The notes: generated from the sequence alone by a model not told the origin. DNA of 64,000 nt from Rhina ancylostomus (GCA_030265395.1 JARFYF010000068.1:6418634-6482633); one strand, 5' to 3'. Shown: positions 49,816 to 62,519, counted from the stretch's first letter. Numbers and translations: made by a program.

Positions 49816-52469
49816 GAAAAGTGGATTTGTGGCAAGATATAGACATGGACATTTAGAATGCCAGGAAAAATTCAAGAAAATGATATTTATTCCTCCTCCC
49901 TCTTTTTTTGTTATTCTACGAATCAATTAAGGTTATTTCCCCGTGTGGATATTTCTTTATTTATGAATGCCTGATTGAATTTGGACAACGAGATTGAATA
50001 TAAAACGGCCAAATTCTCATATGTCTCCCTTTAGGCATTCTACCTACAATTGATTCCATTCACTTCAAAGAAAGCGATTGAATAATATGCCTTGCAATGT
50101 TTGAGTATCAAGGGTCAATGGGAATTTAACAGTCGTGCATCAAGGCTCACACTCATTTTCAACCTCAAATTCACACTTACAATCTTGTCTACCACCACTA
50201 TCAGGAGACTTCAACACCATAGAAAGTGGTGAGGTAAAATCTGATATACAGATTCAAATAAGAAATTCCTATTTGTCGGAGAATCCTGCACAGCATCACA
50301 AAATAAGCAATGATGCACGAGAACTAACGAGGAACGACGCTGGTGATTGAACGGTATTTTAATATTAATGCTCAACAAATAAAAAAATAATCAACGCCAG
50401 GCGAAGTAAGCACCAATGTCTGAGCTTGAAATGCTGGTAAGGTAAAATAAAACATTATTGCCTGGGGCAGGAATTAATCTTGAAAATATGTGCATGCAAT
50501 AGCTTAACGCTGCATTCATCCTAAATGAGGTAATTTTGCATGAGTTATAACATTGTAACAAGTGTTGTATAGGGTTCAACTTCTGCCAATTATGAATCAT
50601 TTGAAGTGCGTTTAAACTGCAGTTTGTGTTGCAACTTTAATTTTGCTTTACCCGGGTTGATCAGGGTAATGCGAGAACGTGTAGGTTCTGCTTACCTTAT
50701 TATTTTATTATGTTTACTGTTCTGAGAATGAAAAATAAAATATGGACAGTATTCCGAAAGACAAATGCGCATTTGCATTGCTAATTTCCAGACGCCTATT
50801 CTCTAAAATTTTATTCCAAACAAGTGCTCTTATTTGTGGTAAGGTGTTGATGCAAGTAGCACCTCAATCAATATGCACACAGCAAGCAGGCAGAAATAAT
50901 AATTGTAACATCAGGTGCACGGATTTGGTCATACAGTTTAACTTCTCTTCACGTCAACGAGATTACTTCCCTTACTATTTTTCGAATAGTGCTCTGGTAT
51001 CTTTTACGATCATCCTCAAAAAATTAGAGGGTGATCAACCATTTTAAATACATCACATTAAGCAGTGCACCTCAAGGAACTTTGAACCTCGTCGGTGCAA
51101 GACTCCAATTCTCGACTCTCAAGTGGGGCATGCACGATTTAAGGGATGATTTGACAGAAGTATTCATTATTTGGTTGAATTTGATAAAGCAGACTAAAAA
51201 TATTTTGCCCAGTAATAACGAGAGAGTGACTGATGTTTAAATACATCAATAAAAGAAGTGTTACGCAACACATGAAGTTAGATTGAAGGGCAGCCTTCAC
51301 CGAGTTGATTGCAAGAACATCCTCAGCGACATTAATGGTCTACGTCTCTTTTGAAGAGCACCTGTCCTCTTGCACAACGCACACACACGTTAGAAAGCTT
51401 TGCTAATTTTGCGTGAAAAACTGCTCAAATCCGTTCCAATCAGGTTACACGGGAACCTCAGTTTTTGCCCACTGCCCTTAGGCTTGATGTTGTATTGGAG
51501 AAATTGTTTGTTCCTCAACCAGTAATGCTGGGCAGCCTGTCAAAACGTTCGTATTCCAGAAAAAGTGGTTGAGTCACAGAGCTTCATACTTTGTGAAGCA
51601 CACGCTGACCAGCACTTGAAGAGCAGCCATCTACAAGGCTACACATGAACTGAGAACCTGAAGTAACAAAAATGAGCTCACTTTAGTCAGCGGGGGAACC
51701 AGAAAATGAATGGTCTCCCTGTGACGTAAGTTAAATAATGCATAATGCCATATTTTTGGGCCAGTTTACAACTTCAGTGCACTAGGTATTGATTGTATCC
51801 CACTTGATTTCATCTGTCTCATATCTGGAAAGTAATTTCATCAGGTAAGCATTGCTTTCTTTTTCTGTTTTTCAGTGAAGAATTTTGGACGGCGTGTTGA
51901 AATTATCGTAAGTTCCCTCCACCCAGCCCAACTTTTTCTATGGACAGCTCTGTAATACAGCCTGACCAGTTCATCTCCCGCTGGAAGGGTTCAAGCATGC
52001 AACAGCTTCAATTAGATATGGCTGCTGCATTAGCAAGCATTTCTCACTGAAGTAAATATGGAAAAGAAATTGTCCGTGGCAAGTTGGTCAGTTTCTGCCG
52101 CTTTGTCCCTTTTCGCCGTCTTGGGGCTCCTTCACCAGCTGAACTGTTGTATTGTGCAAGATGGCAGGAAGTTGGAAGCACCATAGCAACGCAAAGTCAC
52201 TGCAACTCAGAGAATTAGCGCACAAGAGGCGAACACAAGGCGCTGGTGGGTTCCAAAGTTGTCCATTAGGCGCCGATAAGCTCAGCAATTTTGTGGTCAA
52301 GTTACTCGACATACATCTTACTCGACATACATCCAGAGATCTGTACAGATTCTCCACAATATATTGGAACATCTTTTCGAGAGCTGCGGAATTAATACAC
52401 ATCATATGCAATTCAGTACCTGTTATCAGTATTAATGACAATGAACTTAACCTGTGACATATCAATGCG

Positions 52470-52745
52470 ACAGTGAGGGGTGAGAAGTGTATCACTGTGT
52501 TACAGTGAGGGGTGCGGGTGTAACAGGGTTTACACTAGGAATACGGCCTACATCACAGTGTTAAGGTGAGGGACGTGGCATGTATCGAGTGTTACAGTGA
52601 GGGGTGTTGGGTGTATCACTGCTACAGTGTGATGAGGCGTTTATCAAAGTGTTCGACTGAGTGGTGCGGTCTGTATCAGAGCTCTATATTGAGGGCTGTT
52701 TGGTGTATCAAAGCGTGGTCTTGGGGGATGCGGGGTATATCAGAC
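52470..52745 (+). repeat. Degenerate minisatellite, about 32-bp unit, about 8-9 copies
   Basis: Recurring ACAGTGAGGGGTG...GTGTATCA...GTGTT units. Confidence 0.7.
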
Positions 52746-53223
52746 TTGAATCGTTCTGTTATCCTTAAACATTTTGGTATTTATTAGAGACAATATGGAA
52801 AAATGATGACACTATAACTACTCTCTGAAATTGCCTGACAACTTAAGGGAAATTTAACAGGCACACTGAATGCTGACGGAGCCGGCGATGCTTGCATCTC
52901 ATGAAGCACAAATAAGAAAATAAATATTGCTGGCTTGAATTGCATTGCATAACAGCAAGAATCTATGACCGGCAATATTCTATTGATGTGGATTGTGGTG
53001 ATTTGGGCATTTGGTGATGTAAAAAGATTTCATATCCGCCCAACCACCAACAACCTTCCGTTTCAGCGTTTCTGCTGTATTCAAAGCAGCTGAAATAGGA
53101 ATCGATTTTTTTTGTAAATTGCCAATCAAGCTGAATGCACCTGTTTCTTTTTTTCCTGATCTCAAAGTGATGTTAATGCGATCATCAATAAAATGCATTA
53201 GAATTTGAATAAATTGGTTTTAC

Positions 53224-53250
53224 CTTGTTCCTTGGATCGCATGGCCTCCT
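53224..53250 (-). CDS. Microexon 7 (27 nt): EEAMRSKEQ
   Basis: ttttccgtgttgaactttcctgcag|AGGAGGCCATGCGATCCAAGGAACAAG|gtaaaa. Confidence 0.88.
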
Positions 53251-53699
53251 CTGCAGGAAAGTTCAACACGGAAAACAATTAAGTGTTGCAATTTGTGTTC
53301 ATAAAACTCTACCCACAACTAAATGGGTCTTTCAGGCCACGGGATCTTGAACATTAACCCTTGAAATTTAGATTATGTCATGACGACTACTAGTTGGATA
53401 TAAACCTGCAAACAAATTTACCTTGAAATGTACATATTTAGGCGATATTATCTACTTATATTTGTCATTTTGTGGTACATGTTTTATAACACTGAACAAG
53501 AACGACACGCGACATTTCATTAAGAAGACATTCACACTTTGGGAATTTGTATTCGGCTATCAGTAAAATGTTATTTTGTCGTTCGTCGCACTGGCTCTAT
53601 CAATCTACATAAAAGTATACGATTTTTGAACTGACTGTCAAAGTCAAAGCGATTACTATAATTTATCTCGCTTTAACTATGTCTCAATATCAAATAAAC

Positions 53700-53985
53700 G
53701 GAAAAAGACGATGAGCGAAGTACAGAGGGACCCTGGTATTCTTTTTCATAAATCGCAAAGAAAATTATCAGGCAGGTACAGTAAGTTGCTGGGAAGACAA
53801 CGTTGTTTTCGTTGAAAGAAGATTGAAGTTTAGAATTAGGGAAACATTCTTAATGTACTGATCAGGACGGTCCTGAAGTACTGTGCACAGTTATAGTGCC
53901 CTTATTTAAGAAAGGATATATTGGTATTCGAAGCAGTCCAAAAGCGATTCACCATGCTATTTCCTGGATAAGAGGGTTTTAATAC
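53700..53985 (+). mobile_element. Internal CR1 ORF2 fragment
   Basis: GTACAGAGGGACCCTGG...GTACTGTGCACAGTT...AGAAAGGATAT...GATTCACCA. Confidence 0.7.
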
Positions 53986-54692
53986 GAAAACCTTCGGCAT
54001 AATGTAGAACAAATCAACCTGCTTGATTGACTCTCACTCCGGCACAACATGCATTTATTCCTTTCAGCACTTTTGACTTGTGTGTGCACATGCGCGCTAT
54101 CGGTTAAATAGAATCTGTTCTACTGTGACAAGAGCACTCAAAACAGTGACCTCCAGTATTATGAAGGACACCGGACACAGGTGCGTAATATATGACGCGC
54201 AAGTCTCCGCCCAAGTTAAAATACAATCCCGTCTTTACAAAAACATTACTGCTTCCTGATTTCCCTTAGCTCTAGATGCTGAAACTCTCTATCAAACTAC
54301 ATTATGGGGTTGTTTTCATCATAAGGACAGCAGAAAATAACGCAAGATGATCAAGGGCAGTTGCTGATAGACACTTCATGATAATCATTATAATGAACCT
54401 GTAACCAATGAAATAATAAAATAATACTGATTGTCCTAGAGAAGAAGCTAGATAGGATACGTTTTCCAAAGTATTCATCCAATGAGGGAGACGTTAAATT
54501 TGCCTATCGATATTGATGTTTCCCCGAGTCTTTACTGTGCAACAAGTAACTTGCCTCAACTTAGCAATGGTGCTAACGAGGTGCATACGTTTCTTTCTGA
54601 GTGTCTGTTTTGAAGCTGGGAGATAAAGTGAACAATAACAACAACCTACCAGATTTGTCCCAAAGGCAACTCAAAATAAACGAAAGACTTAC

Positions 54693-54728
54693 CAGACTCT
54701 TGCACCTTCGTCGTCAGCTTCCCTATTT
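54693..54728 (-). CDS. Microexon 6 (36 nt): EIGKLTTKVQES
   Basis: gaatgatttgttacag|AAATAGGGAAGCTGACGACGAAGGTGCAAGAGTCTG|gtaagt. Confidence 0.88.
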
Positions 54729-56383
54729 CTGTAACAAATCATTCATATAAGGATTGAATGAAGCTTTGTACGGGCATAATGTGGCATCTCTTTTCACAAT
54801 TAGTGAGCAAAAAGTAATGTATTCGATATAAGTGCATCCTTTTGGTAGCAGAAAACGGAATATTCTCCGTATAATTCCAATAACCAAGATTTCCTGGTGA
54901 TTTTCAAAACAGTTGTACATTGGTAATGCTGAATTGTTAGTCCTATGAAATAAATTTTATTCTGATGGCTTTCTATGAGTATATTTTAAGCTGGAGTGCC
55001 GCTACGTTAGGATTTTGCCATGCACGTTGCAGTCGTTCATGAAATATCCACCGTTTTCCGCAGAAATCAGTTATTTCCTATTTATCGACAGCCAACTTCT
55101 CAAGATCGTTTATGGCTTTAACATCTTATAAGAGTTGATATTCGACTAGTAGAATTATCATTTTTCAATTTATTGTTTATGAGTTGCAAAGGAAGATGAG
55201 AAAATTGGTTGAAACTTGTCATAGACTGCTCATGCCACACATCTAACCTTGTACAGATGCCAACTGTTTAATTGTCGAAGAATTGTCTGACTGCTTGCAG
55301 TTAGTTGAACATGGGATCAAAGTAAAGGTAGATATGGCAAGAAACCAGGCTCATTGACCCACCGAGTTCGCGCCGACTACCTATCTTCACACCTATAGTA
55401 CCTTAACCAATTTTGTTTTCCGTACATTCCAATTAACTCCCCTCATAATTCAGCTACTAACCAGTGAGGACAAATTATAGCGGCTTATAAACTCACTAAC
55501 ACGCACATTTCTGGGATAATATTGCAAAGCAGAGCACCCGGAGGAAACTCACACAATCACAGGAGAATGTGCGAAGTCCAACTGATTATGGAGAAGAACA
55601 GGATTGAACCCGAGTTGGGGAAGCTGTCCATCAGCTGTCCCTCCGCGCCACCCATATTCTATGGCGCATTCTTTCCACTAGGGCGGTGTATTCTTATGTT
55701 TTTGTGAAGAATATGAAATTAAAAGGTGGTAAAATAAAATACAAAAGGTTTTAATCTTCACCACTAGTTGTTGGCATGTATCAAATCAAAACATGCCGAC
55801 GGTTTATTAATGTAGTTTTTATATTCCGGATTTATGGGGCTGTATTATTCCATTAGAAATTATCATTGTATCGCCAACTAGAAAATCGGAGTACCCAGGG
55901 GAAGTGGATAACTGTCACACAGATAACATGCAATTTCTGCAGCACCGGACGCCTGGATTGAACACGGGTCACTGGAGCTGTGAGAGATCAATACTACAAG
56001 CTGCGCCACTTTGACGGCCCAGTGATTTCATGGCATCACTAGCATAGTTGCCTCGCTCAATACCTTTACATAAATCATGGTTGGTATTTACCAAGGTGAA
56101 CATGCGGATTTAAAAGAGTGGGTATGCGCACGCGTCTCTTTGTATTGCTGGTTTCTCGACTTCGAATCAATTTTGCTGCTGAATTTATTTGCCACATAGT
56201 TACCAGTAAATAACAGTTGCAAGCCGTTCTTGATATGTGATTGTATTTGTGGTAACAGCACGGCGCGAAGAAATAACGCAGTGATCATTATTAGGTAAAA
56301 ATCGAAACAAACATTTGGATTGATATTTCGAGTACAACGCATGAAAGGCTGAAAGGGTGTAGATAGACAGATATTATGCTTAC

Positions 56384-56410
56384 CGATATCTTTTACAAGT
56401 AGTTGCCTCA
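56384..56410 (-). CDS. Microexon 5 (27 nt): MRQLLVKDI
   Basis: cgttattcttttgcag|TGAGGCAACTACTTGTAAAAGATATCG|gtaagc. Confidence 0.88.
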
Positions 56411-57005
56411 CTGCAAAAGAATAACGCAACAGACTTAAAAGAATAACACACGATACTACCGTGTAATCTGTATTACTAATATTACACAAATCTCACGTTC
56501 AAACACACATTCACAGTTCGCACTGCCACAAAACACAATATGCAAACCAGCACACATATCGCGATCAGTAGTTAAAGGGTATATTTAAAGTTACTTTCAT
56601 TGAAACAATTTGCATTCTGCAAATTTCGTTTTTGGATGTCGGCTCCTTTAATTATAATTTCCATTCGTAGTTCCAGAACATGGTTTACTCTTCTCAGAGT
56701 TATTGCAAAAAATAGCACGCACGCTGTCATATGTTTCCTCCCATTAATATCAACCCAACTGCTGCCTCAAAATTTCCAGGTAACCTCGGAAAATATTTCC
56801 ATTCTCTCGCCCTCGAAGAATGAATCCGGATTTCGTGAACTCGCAAAAAGGGCCTGTCTTTTGCTTTGGAATTATGTCTGATGACGATGTCCCCTGCCGC
56901 CCATACTCTCCCACGTCACCAACGCAAGCAATCAAAGAAAAATCCAATATAAACAAAGCCATTCTTTGATAAATGTTTGCATTTGCAGTTATATTTTTCA
57001 CTCAC

Positions 57006-57032
57006 TGCTCGCCTGAAGAAGCTTCTTGCATT
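57006..57032 (-). CDS. Microexon 4 (27 nt): ECKKLLQAS
   Basis: attatatactcattag|AATGCAAGAAGCTTCTTCAGGCGAGCA|gtgagt. Confidence 0.8.
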
Positions 57033-60000
57033 CTAATGAGTATATAATTCAAATAAGTAAATAAATGATTTGACAGCACTGAACATTTGGGCAAAGCATC
57101 TTAATGAATTCAAACAACCAGACCATCATACTTCAACCTAAAATTTTAGTGGAGTTTCTTCAAAACGAAAGGTGATGTGACATTATTGTAATTAAACCCG
57201 TGTTATAGTGAAATTGGAATTGAATAAGTTGTTGATGAGATCCATGTTTTTATCATTGCAATTGTTAATAGTTTTTTTTAAATACAGTATATCACTGTTA
57301 ACCTGGATGCTAGGCATAATTAAGTATTGCTGAAGTAATGAACTCAAATCTTGACAAGTTAACATCAATACAAATGGCTTCCGCGCTGTACTAATAACTA
57401 TACCCTTCAGTGAAATGCTGTTATTGTTATTAGCTTATTTTGGCTGACCTGTGCTCTGGATAAAATAACGTGGTTCATCCTTAATTTCCACTTGAGGTAA
57501 ACAGTTACCAATGACCAATAAATCCTGACCAGACCAATGATGCCCAAACTTTGTAATTGCTTGAATATCGGAATTTCGGAGGATTGCTTATGTTTGTGCG
57601 CATTCTCGTCGGAATCCAATGCGTATCATACGATAAAATTGCTATCAGTTTAGGATCTAAAATAAAACTACGTCCATTCCGAAAATACAAAATTATAAAT
57701 GGTTCCTGGTCCAAGAAATCTTAACCTTAATTCCTGGAAAGAATAGAGATAGAGCGGCAGAATAAACTCAAATGGTCAATAAAAAGAGGACCGGAGATTT
57801 CATAACTTGTTTACAACTTTGAAAGAAGGTGAATATTATTGACAGAAAACAACTGGATCAGTCCAATTCATTACAATTAAACACTTTAAAACCTGACAAA
57901 AGTATCATTGTTCGGAATTGCAAATCATGAACACTCTCATATGATTTTATATCAGCTCTTTGCTTTGCTTTCTCGATAGCACCATCTCTATTTTTCCAAC
58001 TTGTCTTATTGCCGTTTATGTGTTTCGTGAAGTAGATAAAAGAGATAGTAGATAGTAGCTGAAAGAGGCTTCATCTGTGTCTATCCTCTTCAACAGGGGT
58101 ATGGTTGACATTTACCTGAACTTCAGGTTTCTTTTGTGCCAGCTGAGAACCATTACCCCAGACTAATTCTCAATTGCAAATCTTCACACATCATCTTTAA
58201 CCAATTACACGCGCTGATTAATCCTCCCACCACCAGTGCCTTACTAAATTTCACCCTGCCAGTGAAATAGGAAAAACACAACCTTACTAAAAGCCATGAC
58301 TACTAAAAGCGAGAAATATTAACAACTTGCTTCTAAAATTTTAATCAGTTGCATCCAAACTACAATTCTTGGTATTGATATCTCTGTCATACCTGTATTG
58401 CACTAACTGTCAGGGCTATACATCATTTTATGCAAGACATCTCGGTTTTTCTCAGTCGCTTTTATTCCATGCATAATGGCCCAACACTAGCAATCTTTTA
58501 TTTAATCCTTATTTGGCAACATTATTGGAAATCTCCTCAGTATCTTTTTTTATTGGAATCATATCCTTCCTGAACAGTGGTTAACGGAACAGGACAATGT
58601 TCTCCGGTTGTAGTTTACCTTGTGTAATATGGAATTTTAGTATAACCATCATGCTCCCATAGGCGATACCTGAGCGAATAACGAAAATGTTTCGCCCAAC
58701 TTTTTAAAATAATATAATGCATTGTTCTGCTATTTTCCGTGTTCGGTAGCATATATTCTCATATTTGATTGCATGTTCGATATTTTCTTGCATGCTTCCT
58801 CCGAAGAAATAGATAAATACACTTATTTATTTATAATGAAAGACATTACCATTGAATGCTTCGTCTTGGTCGCCTGTATTTTCAACGAAATTTAATCAGG
58901 TCAGAGTTGATGAAATTGACAAGAGAATTCAAGGAATTTCATATACGCCAATGCCTCTCAGAAGTTGAACATTAACTTTCCACTTCAGGAGCAATCACTG
59001 AACACAATAATTCAATAGGTTTGCAACTTTATTTGTGGATGTTTTGTATTGTGCACATTTTAAGACGATAAAAAATCACATTTCGCAAAGCTACACCTCG
59101 TCTGCCAATGTGAATCATTGTACTTCTAATGTCTGTATTTCAACGGATTGTTTCACCTGTTCTTAATGTGGAATATGAAGCATGAGTGAGAATATGAGTC
59201 TATGTGTGATGCCACTGGTACTGGCAACCATTTCATATCACGCGGATCAGAGTATCAGTGGCAGAGAGGGCAATGGGAAAAGAAATCGTGACACCGGAAG
59301 ATTTGGAATAGCAATTGAAAAGCTGGCAAATATTTCACCTCCCCTCCCAAGAACCGTATGAAGACATGGGTGTGCACATGCACATAAACATATCCATGGT
59401 AAACCGCCACAGCTGAATTCACCCTTGCCCCATCTGTCCCAGCCCCCTTCACCCTTATCGCAGTGACCCTGCTACCCTCATTCCCCTGCTCATTCTTTAA
59501 ACGGTTTCCTACTCAGACTCCTTCTTCCCTTCTCACATCCGCCTTACTTCAACTATCCCCTTCTCCCTCTGCCTGTGCCTTCTACCTCTTCCTTCTCGCT
59601 CACCCGTTCGCAACTCAACGATTTGATTTTAACATGCAGGATTCAACTTTTAACGATAAATCGTGAGCCTGAATCACGGCTTGCAGTTCAAATTAAACCT
59701 AATCGAAGCGAATAAGAATCAAGAAGAATATCTTACAGATTTGGCTGGTGAACAGAGTGGCGATATGATTATTACAAGCTGATAACATGTCTGTCGGACA
59801 TTATTGCAGGCATTCTTCTAATCAGTGTCTTAGTAAAAAGAGTTGCATCCAATAATGTTCATTATTGTAGGTGGGCACATTGTGATATTAGTTACATGTT
59901 CCATTGCGCACTATTGATACACAAACGCAAGTGTATTGAGGCAGTCTGACCCATGGCAATTATTCAGAATGTTGAATATTTAATGTTCTCGTTATCAACC

Positions 60001-60660
60001 TGAAACATATGCTTTGTTTTCCTCTTTACAGAAGCAGCCCGATACCTGTGCTTCCAAAATTCTAGTTTAATATCTGATATTTTAAAGTATTGTACATGGC
60101 AGTATTATTGAAACATGGCAGTTAACAGTTAATCACTTCCCTGAAATAATGAAAGCATTTTAATGTAAAGGCTTTGAGCATTTTATCCAGATATCAGCTC
60201 GTTATTTAATGAAGAACATGTATGCCCTTTGGTATAATTGTGCAGGTTCATTGGATTGGCCATCGATTAGAGTTTGTTTTAACTAGCAATCTAACTGGTT
60301 CAATCCGACAGTGGAAATTATGAAAATTTTTCCTATTGGATGGCGAAGTTTTGATTTACGGTACACTCTTCTGGAATCCTTTGCGCCTCTGGAGGAGATT
60401 TTTTTCTATGAAACGATGTAATAAAAATAGTCCAAAGAACCTAACAGCAGGGCACTGCCCTTCATATATTTCTTACGGTAAGAACTAATGTTTGTAACAA
60501 CGTCCCAATTTAATTTTCTGCGCAATCCCACAGGTGCATACAATAATACGGGAGTCAGCCCCTGCAGGTAAACATATTGATCTTTGGTAACATGATATGC
60601 CCGTGTGCTAGTGGTACCAAGGTTTCCAAGACGTTTGTATCAAAGTCATTAGAACTGTAC

Positions 60661-60678
60661 CTGTCGATTTCGAATCCG
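60661..60678 (-). CDS. Microexon 3 (18 nt): ADSKST
   Basis: ttttctcttttgtttaatcatag|CGGATTCGAAATCGACAG|gtacag; resembles the DSKENCAT exon. Confidence 0.75.
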
Positions 60679-61052
60679 CTATGATTAAACAAAAGAGAAA
60701 AAAATTATAATCATGTACGTTGGGAAAAAATGTAACATATATTATTGATAAGTATAATTTCTTTAAGTTTTTTATTGTCGACAAGTATTTCCTTCTTGCC
60801 TTTGGCAGAAGGGAAACTGTTGTGTAAACTATATTGTATGTAGTTTGGAAACACCTAAAACGAATCTTTTCATCAACCATTCCCCATGGTAGTGTTTGCT
60901 TTTAAGACGCCGATGGAACTTGGAGACGCCTATCCTCATGGACCTTTCAAATTCCTGATCAAAAACAAAACATCTGGAATCTGGTGTCTAAATTGGGAAA
61001 ACCGATCCACAGATCAGTCAAGCAACAGAATCATATCTTCCAGTCATCATGC

Positions 61053-61325
61053 AGGCACGGTAATGTAGCGGTTAGCGTAACGCTATTACTGTGTCAGCGA
61101 CCCGGGTTCAATTCCGGAGTAAACTGTAAAACGTTTGTACCTTCTCCCCGTATCTGCGTGGGTTTCTTCCGGGTGATCTGGTTTCGTTGCACATTCCAAA
61201 GACGTACGGATTAGGAAATAGTGGCACAGAAAGCGTGGCGGGCTGCCCCCAGAATACTCTACGAAAAGATGCATTTCACTGCGTGTTTCGATGTACATGT
61301 GACTAATAAAGAGATCTTATATATC
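61053..61325 (+). mobile_element. tRNA-derived V-SINE (HE1-like)
   Basis: A-box-like TAATGTAGCGG, B-box GGTTCAATTCC, V-domain GTGGGTTTCTTCCGGGTG...CATTCCAAAGACGTACGG, 3' AATAAA tail. Confidence 0.85.
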
Positions 61326-61459
61326 TGGTGTAACATATCTGGTTTACCAATCAGGAACAATCTTATACAGAGAGTACAGCTGATGAAGAAGTTGCGCATT
61401 CAAGAAGTGAAAACGCTTGCTGTAAAAAGGAGGCAGTTCCTTTCTAAAACAAATCTCAC

Positions 61460-61495
61460 CACTTTCTTTAATCTTTGACTGCAGTGTGATAATTT
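61460..61495 (-). CDS. Microexon 2 (36 nt): EIITLQSKIKES
   Basis: ctacttctccttctag|AAATTATCACACTGCAGTCAAAGATTAAAGAAAGTG|gtgaga. Confidence 0.88.
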
Positions 61496-62162
61496 CTAGA
61501 AGGAGAAGTAGTTTCCAACAATGGGTGTTAGCGTATATTAGTTATCTTTAAGGAGCTTATTTTTAAATATCCATGAAAAAGTACCCCACCACCATCTGAA
61601 TGTACGAAACTAGCAAAGCACATTAAAACATTCGGCCATACAAAATCCAAAGTTCTGCATTGAACACTTGAAATGTCTTCCAAATCATTGACAATTGTGA
61701 AGAAAATAATTCGTGGAAGAGCATTTTCAAAAACAAAATGGGTACGTCAAGGAGAAAATGCAAGTCAAGCCTTGATTGTGTTATTTTGAATTCAAAGCAG
61801 TCATTCCTTCAGTGATGCTTGTTATGTAATTGCAATGATTTACTTATTATCAGTATTAAACAGGGATAAAATATATAAAGTTACATTAATTTCACTGTCA
61901 TGTTACAAAGTTACTATGTTAGCCCAACACAGAAACAACAAAATAAACCTTCAAAATATATTTAAGGCCTTAATATCTCTGGAATGGAATCATAATGGCA
62001 GGTTTCTGAGTTTCCGAAGGACAAATGGAGACAAATTATTAATCTACTAAATGCAACTTTATAATGCTTTCTGAAGATTACTATCAATCACCTGGATGAA
62101 TCTTTCCCTTTTCAGTATATAATATGTTACTATTAAAATAGTTATAATGCTGGACTATTTAC

Positions 62163-62189
62163 CTGCATTTTTTAACAAGATCTGTCGCA
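62163..62189 (-). CDS. Microexon 1 (27 nt, phase 1-1): xRQILLKNA
   Basis: ttatttgactttcag|TGCGACAGATCTTGTTAAAAAATGCAG|gtaaat; paralogous to exon 56384-56410. Confidence 0.85.
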
Positions 62190-62519
62190 CTGAAAGTCAA
62201 ATAACATTGACACATTAGTTCCGGAGGAATTTCAGTCGGAAAAAAAGAAATACATACATTTATGGAAATATCTGATATAACATGAGATTATTTAATCCTT
62301 CTTTAGAATATCACGAACGCAGCTAAAATCCATAATCATTGCACAGAAGTTTTTTAAAAATGTAAATAGAATTTTCCACAACTATTTTATTAGGCTGCTT
62401 GCCAGATTTTGAGGTGGTGATTCCTTGTAAAACAGAATATAATTATAAGAATTGTTATAATTTTATTGATCGTCATGGACAACATTACCTATAAAAATAA
62501 TAAATTAAGTTTGTGATGC

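Noticed and set aside
52088-52495. 135-aa ORF with a 62-nt exon-like piece (LEKMFQYIVENLYRSLDVCR)
   Set aside because: Not 3n; the donor lies within a 16-bp tandem duplication; no compensating exon found
52470-52745. CRISPR-like periodicity
   Set aside because: Eukaryotic context; the units are degenerate tandem copies with no unique spacers
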